Shown here one piece after another: positions 30,842 to 39,907 of a stretch of 64,000 nucleotides of DNA (position 1 is its first letter; each line of letters starts with the position of its first letter). Source of the DNA: an uncultured Lentisphaerales bacterium (lineage in GTDB: Bacteria > Verrucomicrobiota > Lentisphaeria > JABSQK01 > UBA12247); contig CALSSJ010000015.1 of NCBI GenBank assembly GCA_943788985.1, positions 32,001 through 96,000 of the forward strand, given 5' to 3'. The translations under genes were made by a program, and so were the position numbers. The notes below the pieces were generated by a model that had not been told where the DNA came from, searched no databases, and saw only the letters and a list, made by a program, of their open reading frames with translations.

Positions 30842-32851
30842 CTAGGGTCCAGCCGCGGCGCGAGCCAACTCACGCTGAGAAGTCAGCCAGCCGGTGAAGT
30901 TGTTCACCAAGATGGACACGATCAACAACCCGCCAATAATGAGAAACATATACTGTGCATTAATATTGTGCAGGCCCAGTCCATAGCGAATCGTACCAAT
31001 CAGAAAGACGGCCAGCATGACGCCCCAGAATTTGCCAGTCCCGCCGCTGATCATGACGCCCCCCAGAATCACAATCGTGATCACCTCCAACTCGAATCCC
31101 GTGGCAATATTCGGGCGTGTATTGCCGATGCGCGAGGCCAGAAAGACACTGGCGATGCCGGCGAACAGCCCGGACAAGGTAAAGAGCAGCACTTTGGTAC
31201 GTGCCACTGGGATTCCTGAGGCATAGCACGTGCGTTCATTGCGACCGATCGCATAGACGGTGCGGCCAAACCGCGTGGTGTGCAGCACCAGCCCCATGAT
31301 CACCGCCATGACCACCACCACCACCAGCGAGAAGGGTACCGGCGAATCGCCGATGTAGCCGCAGCCCAGCCAAGTAAATGACTCCGGAAAGCCACTTACG
31401 GCCTGGTCGCCCAAAAGCACTGAGGCAATGCCGCGATAGAGCGAAAAGGTGGCAAGCGTGACGATGATCGATGAGATGCGCAGTCGGGCAACAACCAGCC
31501 CATTCAACAGCCCACAAAGCGCCCCCACCCCAATGCCGAGCAATGCCGCCAGCCAAATGTTCATGCCACTGCGAAACGCAATGGCCATGCTTACCGACGA
31601 CAAGGCCATGGTGGAGCCCACAGAGAGATCAATGTTGCCCGTGATGATCACGAATGCCACAATCATCGCCAGTATGGCCTTCTCTGAGAACATAACGGTC
31701 ATGTCAAAGAGGTTGTACATGTCGAGATAGTGCGGCGTGGTCAGCGCCATGCTCACATTAAAAATCAAAAAGATCGCCAGCAGTACCAGTTCCCACGGTA
31801 CGGCCGGTTTGCCAGTCATCAGCGTCGCCGCGTCGTCACTATGGGCCGCTGTTCGGCGCGACAGGCGCTTGTCGACAATTACCGCGATTAAAATGATAGC
31901 CCCGTTAATCCCCAGTTTCCAGAACGGAGAGATCCGGGCCAGATTGAGTGAGTTGGTGATCGAACCGATCAAAAGTGCGCCGAGCACGACCCCTAGGATT
32001 GAGCCTGAGCCACCGGCGATGTTGACGCCGCCCAGGACCACTGCCGTTATCGCCACAAACTCGAAGCCCATCGCGGCCGAACTCTCTGCTGAGGCATAGC
32101 GTGATGCCCAAAGCACCCCACCGGCACCTGCCAGTGCCCCCGCAAGCAGATAGGATAGAAAGGTGACCTTACCGACGCCGATGCCAGCTAGGCGGGCGGC
32201 TTGGGCATTGCTCCCAACAGCATAGATCTTGCGCCCAGTAATCGTGTGGCTCAACAGATAGTAAAAGAACAGCGTTGCTAAGATCGCAATCCAGATCAGC
32301 GACGGCACCCCCAGAATCTCGATTCGGGTAAATGCCTTAAACTCGGTTGGCAGCCGATCGGCGCTGACTGACTTTCCCTGATTGAAGGCGTAGCAGAGGA
32401 TAAAGGTCAGGCCGCGAAAGACACTCATGGTGCCAAGCGTCGCGATCACCGGCGGCACCTTGCCCAGTACCACCAAGCCCCCATTTACCGCCCCCGCCAG
32501 GCTCCCGACGGAAATGCCGATCACTAGCGCCAGTGGCACCGGAATAGCCGGAAAGTTCATCACTAACAGGCCGACCGTCATGCCCGACAACGCCATCGTC
32601 GAGCCCATCGAAATGTCGATGCCACCGGTGAGAATCACCGCCATCATGCCGATGGCGATCAGCACCAGCACCGAGCTGTCCATTCCGATATCCAACACAT
32701 TCCCCGGCGTCAGAAAGGCATCATTGCGAAACGTCATAAAGATCGCCAGCAGCAGCAATAAGCCACCGATGCCGAGTTCTCGGGCCTGCAATAATCGCTG
32801 CCAGGGCTGGCTTCCGCCGCTCGCGCCCGGTGTTTCTGCGGCGCTATGCAC
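30842..32851 (-). CDS. Fused double sugar ABC permease (RhaP+RhaQ-like)
   Basis: Two complete permease repeats: GGIDISMGS...YAVGSN and GNIDLSVGS...YAIGRN. Confidence 0.88.
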   Translation of the reverse strand: MHSAAETPGASGGSQPWQRLLQARELGIGGLLLLLAIFMTFRNDAFLTPGNVLDIGMDSSVLVLIAIGMMAVILTGGIDISMGSTMALSGMTVGLLVMNFPAIPVPLALVIGISVGSLAGAVNGGLVVLGKVPPVIATLGTMSVFRGLTFILCYAFNQGKSVSADRLPTEFKAFTRIEILGVPSLIWIAILATLFFYYLLSHTITGRKIYAVGSNAQAARLAGIGVGKVTFLSYLLAGALAGAGGVLWASRYASAESSAAMGFEFVAITAVVLGGVNIAGGSGSILGVVLGALLIGSITNSLNLARISPFWKLGINGAIILIAVIVDKRLSRRTAAHSDDAATLMTGKPAVPWELVLLAIFLIFNVSMALTTPHYLDMYNLFDMTVMFSEKAILAMIVAFVIITGNIDLSVGSTMALSSVSMAIAFRSGMNIWLAALLGIGVGALCGLLNGLVVARLRISSIIVTLATFSLYRGIASVLLGDQAVSGFPESFTWLGCGYIGDSPVPFSLVVVVVMAVIMGLVLHTTRFGRTVYAIGRNERTCYASGIPVARTKVLLFTLSGLFAGIASVFLASRIGNTRPNIATGFELEVITIVILGGVMISGGTGKFWGVMLAVFLIGTIRYGLGLHNINAQYMFLIIGGLLIVSILVNNFTGWLTSQRELARAAAGP

Positions 32852-34337
32852 GGAGGGCCTCCGCCAGCACACGTTCTTCACTCAGTCCTTCCCGTGGAAA
32901 CTCACCTTTCACAATGCCTTCATGCATGATCATTACTCGGTCCGACATGCCCATAATTTCTGGCAAATCCGAAGAAATCATCACCACCGCATAGCCACGG
33001 CTGGCTAACTTGCTGACCAACTGATGCACCGCAGCCTTTGCCGCCACGTCGATCCCCTTGGTCGGCTCGTCCAGTATCAGGATTCGGCAATCACAGGCCA
33101 GCCACTTTCCTAGCGAGACCTTTTGTTTATTGCCACCACTCAGTCCCCCGACCTTCTGCCCTAGGCCCGCAGACTTAATCTCCAGCGCCTCTGCGAACTC
33201 CGCAGCGATCGTCCGCTCCTTGCCCTGGTCCAGCCAGCCGAGAAAGCGACTGCACGACGCCAGAATCGGCAAAGTGATGTTTTCGCAGACGTCCATATCC
33301 AAGACAATCCCCTCTTCATCGCGATCCTCGGGCAGGTAGCCAATGCCTGCGGAGATCGCAGCTCTGGGCGCGCCCACCGTGACAGCTTTTCCTGCCAGAT
33401 ACAGCTGGCCAGAATCAGGACGAGTAATACCAAAGATACTCTTGGCCAACTCGGTGCGGCCAGCCCCCACCAGCCCATAAAGCCCCAGAATCTCGCCGCT
33501 TCGGACCGCCAGAGAAACCTCTTGGTACTCGCCGCTGCGGGAGAACTTCTCGACACGCATGGCCTCGTCGCCAATCACCGCCTCAGTCTTTGGGAACAGG
33601 TTCTTCACCTCGCGCCCGACCATCATCTGCACCAGCGTATCGTGATCCACCTCGTCGATCTTTCGGGTATCCACATGCACGCCGTCTCGCAATGCGGTCA
33701 CGCGGTCGGCAATCGTAAAGATGTCGTCGAGTCGATGCGAAATGAACACGATAGCCGTGCCCTCAGCGCGCAATTGCCGGACAATCTCGAACATGTTATC
33801 GGACTCCGCGCCGCTCAAGGTCGACGTCGGCTCATCCATAAACAAGACCTTTGCCTCGCCGGACAACGCCTTGCCGATCTCGACCAATTGCCGCTCCGCC
33901 GCGGTAAGATGCCCGAGTTTCCGCCGTGGATCCAGGCGCACATTCAAGCGCTCTAGCAACGCCTCTGTTTGCTCATGCATCTCACGCCAAAAAATTCGCC
34001 GCGAGACTAGGCCGTGCGGTTGATGGTTCATGAAGATATTCTCGGCGACACTCAGGTCCGGAAAGACCGCTGGGTCCTGATAGACCGCGCCGATACCGTT
34101 GGCAATGGCATCCCGTGGCCCGGACCAAACCACCGGCTCTCCGCGGAAGCGAATGGTCCCGGACGTCGGCTGAATCACGCCGGTAGAGATCTTGATCAAG
34201 GTCGACTTGCCAGCGCCGTTCTCGCCCACCAACGCATGCACTTCTCCCGGACGCAGATCAAAACTGCACTCCCGCAGAGCCAGTACCCCCGGATACTGCT
34301 TGCGCAGATCCTTCAGCTCGAGTATCACAGTATCCAT
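32844..34337 (-). CDS. Sugar ABC transporter ATP-binding protein (RhaT/RbsA-like)
   Basis: GENGAGKST, MDEPT, LSGGNKQK and LDEPTKGIDV motifs. Confidence 0.93.
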   Translation of the reverse strand: MDTVILELKDLRKQYPGVLALRECSFDLRPGEVHALVGENGAGKSTLIKISTGVIQPTSGTIRFRGEPVVWSGPRDAIANGIGAVYQDPAVFPDLSVAENIFMNHQPHGLVSRRIFWREMHEQTEALLERLNVRLDPRRKLGHLTAAERQLVEIGKALSGEAKVLFMDEPTSTLSGAESDNMFEIVRQLRAEGTAIVFISHRLDDIFTIADRVTALRDGVHVDTRKIDEVDHDTLVQMMVGREVKNLFPKTEAVIGDEAMRVEKFSRSGEYQEVSLAVRSGEILGLYGLVGAGRTELAKSIFGITRPDSGQLYLAGKAVTVGAPRAAISAGIGYLPEDRDEEGIVLDMDVCENITLPILASCSRFLGWLDQGKERTIAAEFAEALEIKSAGLGQKVGGLSGGNKQKVSLGKWLACDCRILILDEPTKGIDVAAKAAVHQLVSKLASRGYAVVMISSDLPEIMGMSDRVMIMHEGIVKGEFPREGLSEERVLAEALRA

Positions 34338-34354
34338 CGGTTCTGGTTCCACCT

Positions 34355-35779
34355 TCAGCAAACCTGATTCACCTCGATGCCAAGCAGCGCTCCCAGCTTA
34401 TTGAGTGTGCCCCCGACATGGCCAACGCCGATGGCGCAGTGATGTGCCGGACCGCCCATCGTCCAAGTATCCATAAACCCCTTCGCACCAATGGAGAACC
34501 GGTAGCGACTGTTGGTGTTGCCAATCTGCAGCACTGGGCCGGGAACCGATTCGCCCTCGGCCACCTGCAGACAAATAGTGCCATCGCCGCGCTGCACTAC
34601 CGACAGCAGAGTTACCGGGCCATGCCTCACCGACATCTGGATCGACAGGCCTTTGCCCGGTTTACCGTGATAGACAGGCAATGGCACCAAGCCCACTTCT
34701 CCCTCAGCAATCCCAACGTGCGCCGGGCCATCATGCCCCAGATAGACCACATCATCCGTAAAATCCGTCAGATAAAACTCGGAGAACGAACCGCCCACCT
34801 CCAGCAAGTCCAGGATCTTCATCGCCTGCGCGTTCTTGACCTCGCACTCGCCAGCCACCGGGACATTGCGCCCGGTCAGCAGTGTATTGCCAGCAATCAC
34901 CGAGGTGACGATGTTCTCATAGGGGCCTGTGCCCTCATAGTAATAGGCCATTGAGCCCAGCTCATGTCGGTCAATTAGACGATCCAGTGCCACTGAGGTC
35001 CTGGCGGCCCGGGCCAACTCTGACGCCTCGCACTCGTCTGCAACCACAAACTTCTCGTAGAATTCTGCGGTCTTCGCAGCCACCTCGTCGTCGCTCACCG
35101 CCTCCCGCAGGTCATATAGCTCGCACATTTCCAACAGCTCGAAGTGGTTGCCGAAGACCGCGGACTGCTGCGTGAGATCGCTATAAACATCCAGCATGCC
35201 GCAGTAGTAATGTCCGAGCACCCCCACGCGGTTCGCTGCCATTGCGCGGCGGACCCCTGCGGCCGCCACCCAATCCCCAATCTCTCCCCAGGCCTCCTCA
35301 TCAGCCAGATAGCCAGTCACCTGCTGATACGTAATGCCCGCCCGATTGAACACGCAGGCAATCTCGGGCGCGCAGCAGGCCTGGCAATTCTCCAGCCAGA
35401 GCCCCGTCATTTTGCCGCGATCGCCCAGGCTGTTAAACTGCTCGTAGTCCATTTGCGCCACAGGCTGCAAGTTCAAAATCACCACCGGCACGCCTGCCCG
35501 TTGGACCACCGGCAAGACCGTAGAAGACAACGCGTACGTCGTAATGAACAGAAACAGGACATCCACATCTTCCGTCCGAAAGCGATCTCCGACCGAGCGC
35601 GAGACCTGCGGATTGTCTACCAAGCCGCCATCCACCACCTCCGCGCCAAACGCAGTCAGGCGCGCCTTCACCTGCGCTTGGTAGCCCAGCAGATTCTCTT
35701 TCAACCCCGCGAACTGCGGCCAGTACGTATCCAGTCCAATACCGAAAAGGCCTACCCGTGTTGTCCGTTTCGCTTGCAT
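34355..35779 (-). CDS. L-fucose/L-arabinose isomerase family protein
   Basis: YWPQF, VAGECE, GSFSEF, LGHDGP and GPAHHCA motifs. Confidence 0.85.
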   Translation of the reverse strand: MQAKRTTRVGLFGIGLDTYWPQFAGLKENLLGYQAQVKARLTAFGAEVVDGGLVDNPQVSRSVGDRFRTEDVDVLFLFITTYALSSTVLPVVQRAGVPVVILNLQPVAQMDYEQFNSLGDRGKMTGLWLENCQACCAPEIACVFNRAGITYQQVTGYLADEEAWGEIGDWVAAAGVRRAMAANRVGVLGHYYCGMLDVYSDLTQQSAVFGNHFELLEMCELYDLREAVSDDEVAAKTAEFYEKFVVADECEASELARAARTSVALDRLIDRHELGSMAYYYEGTGPYENIVTSVIAGNTLLTGRNVPVAGECEVKNAQAMKILDLLEVGGSFSEFYLTDFTDDVVYLGHDGPAHVGIAEGEVGLVPLPVYHGKPGKGLSIQMSVRHGPVTLLSVVQRGDGTICLQVAEGESVPGPVLQIGNTNSRYRFSIGAKGFMDTWTMGGPAHHCAIGVGHVGGTLNKLGALLGIEVNQVC

Positions 35780-35902
35780 CGTCCCGTCATCCTCTACCTT
35801 GATTCAGCCCAGTCCGTCTCGCTGGAATTGTACCTGATAGATTATATTGTAGAGGAATATCTCGTGATGACAATGTTCAATATGACGACAAGTTTACACA
35901 AA

Positions 35903-36814
35903 ATGACTGAATCGCTTGCCGAGTTCTCATGTTATCTTCCAATCGAGCCAGACGCGGCGGCTTGGGGCCTGCACGTGCTCGACGCTGGCCTCGGGGTCTG
36001 TGCCGCTAGCACTGCCTACCCAGCCCGAGGCCAGCACCCGGACAAATACATGTTCACCTGGGAGAACGGGCGAGAGCTTGCCGAATATCAGCTGATATAC
36101 ATCAGCCGTGGTCAGGGTGTCTTCGAAACCCGAGAGAGCGGCCCGCATCAAGTCCGCGCCGGTTCACTGCTGCTCTTGTTTCCGGGCGTCTGGCACCGCT
36201 ATCGCCCCGATCTCGAGTTTGGTTGGGAAGAGCAGTGGGTGGGGTTTCAGGGCACCTATGCCGCCCAACTCATGGCAACATTTTTCTCCGTGACTCCTCC
36301 TGTTCTCCAGCTGGGCTATGACCCAGAATTCCTACGCCTGCTGGGCTCGATCTGCGATCTAGCCTACTCGGACCTTCCCGGGCACCGGCAAATGATGGCC
36401 GCCTATACCACGGCGGCGCTCGCCTGCGCCCGCTCATTGGCAATGCGCGAGCGCGCAGAGATTGATCATCATGAGCGCAAGATGCAGCAGGCACGCACCT
36501 TTTTACTGGAGCGCGCCACGAGCACTGTAGATCTGCCCAGCTTGGCCCAGGAACTCGGGTACAGCTACTCGCGCTTTCGGGCCGTCTTCAAGAAGACCAC
36601 CGGGCTCTCGCCTCGCCAATACCAGCTACAGATTTGTATCAACCGCGCCAAGCATCTGCTCACTCGCAGCGAGCAGAGTATTAGCGCGATTGCCGATATG
36701 CTTGGCTTTGGCTCCGTCTATTATTTCTCCCGCCAGTTCAAAGCAAAAACCGGTGTCAGCCCGACCCACTTTCGCCGCACCTCCTCGGTCGCAGCCCGCC
36801 GAATAAACTATTAG
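35903..36814 (+). CDS. AraC-family transcriptional regulator (divergent; start uncertain)
   Basis: Cupin LLFPGVWHRY and C-terminal HTH SYSRFR...LGFGSVYYFSRQFK. Confidence 0.88.
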   Translation: MTESLAEFSCYLPIEPDAAAWGLHVLDAGLGVCAASTAYPARGQHPDKYMFTWENGRELAEYQLIYISRGQGVFETRESGPHQVRAGSLLLLFPGVWHRYRPDLEFGWEEQWVGFQGTYAAQLMATFFSVTPPVLQLGYDPEFLRLLGSICDLAYSDLPGHRQMMAAYTTAALACARSLAMRERAEIDHHERKMQQARTFLLERATSTVDLPSLAQELGYSYSRFRAVFKKTTGLSPRQYQLQICINRAKHLLTRSEQSISAIADMLGFGSVYYFSRQFKAKTGVSPTHFRRTSSVAARRINY

Positions 36815-36924
36815 TGTACGTCGTAACCTTCACCTTCCTCGTTCACAGCAGGGCATGAACCCGCTGAAGATTCATCGCAGGCGAACAAGCCTCTACTTCG
36901 TTACAAAATGATCTTGGAATCGAC

Positions 36925-37017
36925 ATGAAGATCTTCATCAGCAGCGTAAAACAGTAATTTGCCAAAGAGCGAAAGGCTCTGGCCGAATACCTTGCCGGCG
37001 ACCCGCTGCTGCGCAGG
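36925..37017 (+). pseudogene. N-terminal stub of a DUF4062-domain protein
   Basis: Hand translation MKIFISSVKQ*FAKERKALAEYLAGDPLLRR has an internal stop and is cut off where the RAYT region begins. Confidence 0.6.
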
Positions 37018-37051
37018 GAGCGAGCCGGAGTGGAAAGTTTCTAGCGGAGGC

Positions 37052-38038
37052 TTAGCCCGTTGGTTCACGCAGACAGCGTAAGCTGAACAACTCCCCGCCC
37101 TCGGGGAGTTCGTCCTTTCCGTATCGTCGTCGTTTGGCTCGATCCTCGCCGTACATCTCAGCGGCAACCTTCTGCACGAACAGCTTTGAGCCGATCACTG
37201 CCCCATCGGTCCAGTAGCGAACACGACGCGTAGCGACCAACTGAATCGGCGGCTTTTTCTTCCCTTTGTCGTAGGCAGCCTTCACCGTTTCGCTGGTCGC
37301 ATCCTTCTGCGCTGCCTCGACTGCACGAGCTATGTCAGCGCGAAGCTCATCTGCGATCTCCGCAATTGACCAATGCTTGGCACGCTCGCCCAAGGAGCCT
37401 TTGATATGCTTGAAGAATGCCCGGCCAAATGGGTGCTTCCCAGAGCCGTTCCAGGCTCCCCAACTCGAGAATCGATAGTCGGCTGCATCCGCGACTATTC
37501 CCGCTCGGACTGGGTTTAGTTCCACGTACTTCACGCGCGACCAAAGAGCAGCTTCGCCATCCAGCAGCACGCTCTTGAACCGGTCACCCCAAAGGCGGCC
37601 ACTGCGTGTCTGCCGGCGGCTCTTGTTGTACCAGCCGGTGAACAACTGCTGCAGGTCTTTGAGGAAGCGGCTAAAGTCACTGAGGCGGGGGCGGATGTCT
37701 GCGATATCCGGAGCTTCGGTGTCAATCTTACGCTTCGTCTCGTAGTACTTGTTGTAGCGGCGCACCGTCTCTTCAATCGAGGGAAGTTCACCCGGGTCGT
37801 GCAGGACCACGTGATAGTGGTTGCTCATTACGGCATAGGAGATCACCTCCACCGTGTACAGGTTGCTGAGCTTGTGAAGGAGTTTTACAAAGTACTCTTG
37901 CTCCTTGGGCCCGAATGGCCGGTCCGTGGCAAAGCCACCGGTTCGGTTCATGCAGTGGTAGAACGCACCGCCGCCTTGATATCTGATGCGTGCTGTCCTT
38001 ATAGTTTCCCCCCCCCTACTCGTTTTTCCTCTACTCAT
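37052..38038 (-). mobile_element. REP-associated tyrosine transposase (RAYT, Y1 HUH family)
   Basis: FYHCMNR, YAVMSNHYH (HUH), RFKSVL and YVELNPVRAG...YRFSS motifs. Confidence 0.88.
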
Positions 38039-38368
38039 TTCCTGAACTATCTGAATCCTTGGCTAAATCCATTCCTGTTTGATAACTACTAGTCTGTCCC
38101 TATTATGCGCCGCGCCTCGGCCTTCTCTGGACTGGGCGCTGGCTCGATTGGCAGCGCAAGATCTAATTCCGGTTGAGCAGCAACAATGTCCACCAGTCGC
38201 TCGCCTTTCCTGCCAAAGATCTGCTTCTTCAATCAGGCTATTTCTTCTTTGAGCAGAGCAATATCTTCCGCTTGTCGGCGGATGATTTCTTGAGGATCAA
38301 TGGCGGCTTCAGTCTGCATGAAATACAGTACAATCTGCCGAGCAAAAAGCAGCCATATTTCCGTAGAT

Positions 38369-38710
38369 TTACTGCCTGTTTTGGCCGAATCTGCGCTCGT
38401 ATTTCAATGGTGTTACGCCTTCAAGAAGCGCCGTCAACTCTCTGCGCTGCAACGCCATCGTTTGCCCCGTTCCTGGCAAGCGGAAGCGGCCAGATTCCAG
38501 GCGCTTGTACCAAAGCGCAAAGCCATCACCATCCCAGTATAGCACCTTGATCCGATTTCGCAGGCGATTACAAAACACAAACACCGAGACGGTCAAAAGC
38601 TGATCCGGGAAGTGGGCTGCAACTACCCCTGAAAGCCCTTCAAAGCTCTTGCGCATGTCGGTGGGCCCGCGGTACAAGTAGATTCGCTGAATCCCGGCCA
38701 GGCTCAGCAT
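38369..38710 (-). CDS. tnpB: IS66 accessory protein TnpB
   Basis: PTDMRKSFEGL, VFCNR, KVLYWDGDGFALWYKRLESGRF. Confidence 0.93.
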   Translation of the reverse strand: MLSLAGIQRIYLYRGPTDMRKSFEGLSGVVAAHFPDQLLTVSVFVFCNRLRNRIKVLYWDGDGFALWYKRLESGRFRLPGTGQTMALQRRELTALLEGVTPLKYERRFGQNRQ

Positions 38711-38994
38711 TCGATCGTCTGAAGCAACTTACGCAACGTTGGCCCATCAAAGTCACATTCGACCATGATCTCAAGGTCTCCTCGCCGGATGCTCAGGCCC
38801 GCACGCCTACCGGTGGGATGGGGCCTCACCAGCTCGACAAATCCATCGTCTGGTACTTCAAGCCGCTTTCGCCAATAGTAGAACTGCCACTGGTGAAGGT
38901 CTTCCTTTCTGCAAAAAGCTGCGATGCTTATGCCGCTGCGTTTCTGAGTCTCCAAGATCTCTTGCCATTGCCCGCGCTTGCTTGTGGTTTCCAT
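38704..38994 (-). CDS. tnpA: IS66 accessory protein TnpA
   Basis: W...SGISIAAFCR...FYYWRKRL...FVEL, overlapping the tnpB start. Confidence 0.85.
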   Translation of the reverse strand: METTSKRGQWQEILETQKRSGISIAAFCRKEDLHQWQFYYWRKRLEVPDDGFVELVRPHPTGRRAGLSIRRGDLEIMVECDFDGPTLRKLLQTIEC

Positions 38995-39079
38995 CTGCGC
39001 TCTCCTGATGCCGGTTGCGAAAACCAACAGGATAAGCCCAGCTCAATCGCGCATCAAGATGTCGGCGTTGGCCGTTCAC

Positions 39080-39305
39080 CCAAGAGCACAGCATTGATCT
39101 GAGCCGACCACAGCGATAGGACACTCCAGTACATTGGCACACACTTGCATGACATAATCTGATTTTTTAGCAATCCCTCCCAAAGCGATGACGCGTTGAA
39201 TGGAGATGCCCTCTTCTACAAATCGATCCAATATGGCTTTGGAACCATATGCGGTGGCCTCAACTAATGCTTTAAAAATATCTGCAGCATCACTACCCAT
39301 CGAAA
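39080..39305 (-). pseudogene. araB: Internal fragment of ribulokinase
   Basis: GSDAADIFKALVEATAYGSKAILDRF...ALGGIAKKS...QCCALG. It is visibly more AT-rich than its surroundings and is cut by IS66 on one side. Confidence 0.75.
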
Positions 39306-39664
39306 TGGAAGCAACTCGCTGGCAGCGCCACTCCAGACCAGAACTTTGAAGCGTGACGCGCTGTCCCCAGCGACCTTGGCGACGATGCGCGCATTCTCAA
39401 ATGCCAGGCGAGCGCCATCGCCCACAAGCGCAACAGCGGTGATGCCCTCCGCGCTCGTCAGCGTCGCAATATTCCCCTCCACTTTGCTCTTGGAGCGTTG
39501 GCGATAGGCCAGTTGCACCCGCAAATCCTTGCCGCCGGTTACTTCAAAGCTGCGGGTTACCGCCTTCGTTCCCGGACGCGATTCCAGCCATGGCGACTCG
39601 AGTCTCGGTGCTACCAAGTCATGCCGGGTGGTGGACCAGGTGGCAAGACTGACGGGTCCTGAGC

Positions 39665-39769
39665 CGTTTTGATTGTTCCGGCGTGGTCGCGTTGTATGCC
39701 TTACGAGGTTGGGGTGCATGCGGTGGTTGTCGTTTTGATTGTTCCGGCGTGGTCGCGTTGTATGCCTTA
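39665..39769. repeat. 39-bp perfect direct repeat pair with a 27-bp spacer
   Basis: CGTTTTGATTGTTCCGGCGTGGTCGCGTTGTATGCCTTA at 39665-39703 and 39731-39769. Confidence 0.9.
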
Positions 39770-39907
39770 GTATGCTTCGATATTGGCCGCAGTTCAAGAC
39801 TATTCGCCGTCCACTCTCAAGGCTTCGCCCACAACTGGAACCCATCGCCTCAGCACGCCATCCCAACTATTAGCTTATTATTATTCGCCAATAGTTGAGG
39901 TATACCT

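Larger units (their letters stand above)
38106..39079 (-). mobile_element. Truncated IS66-family element (left end, tnpA, tnpB, 5' stub of tnpC)
   Basis: The left end reads GTGAACGGCCAACG on the minus strand from 39079. The tnpC stub (38319 down to ~38106) reads MQTEAAID...EEIA*LKKQIFGRKGER. Confidence 0.85.

Noticed and set aside
39665..39769. Calling the repeat pair a bona fide CRISPR array
   Set aside because: There are only two repeats and one spacer, no cas genes or leader, and the unit lies inside an IS. It is kept as a repeat and an open finding.
39264..39866. 200-aa and 264-aa minus-strand ORFs upstream of the IS91 transposases (also 62245-63039)
   Set aside because: They are chimeric read-throughs of IS non-coding DNA, the repeats and a captured gene fragment, and their C-termini differ with the flank.
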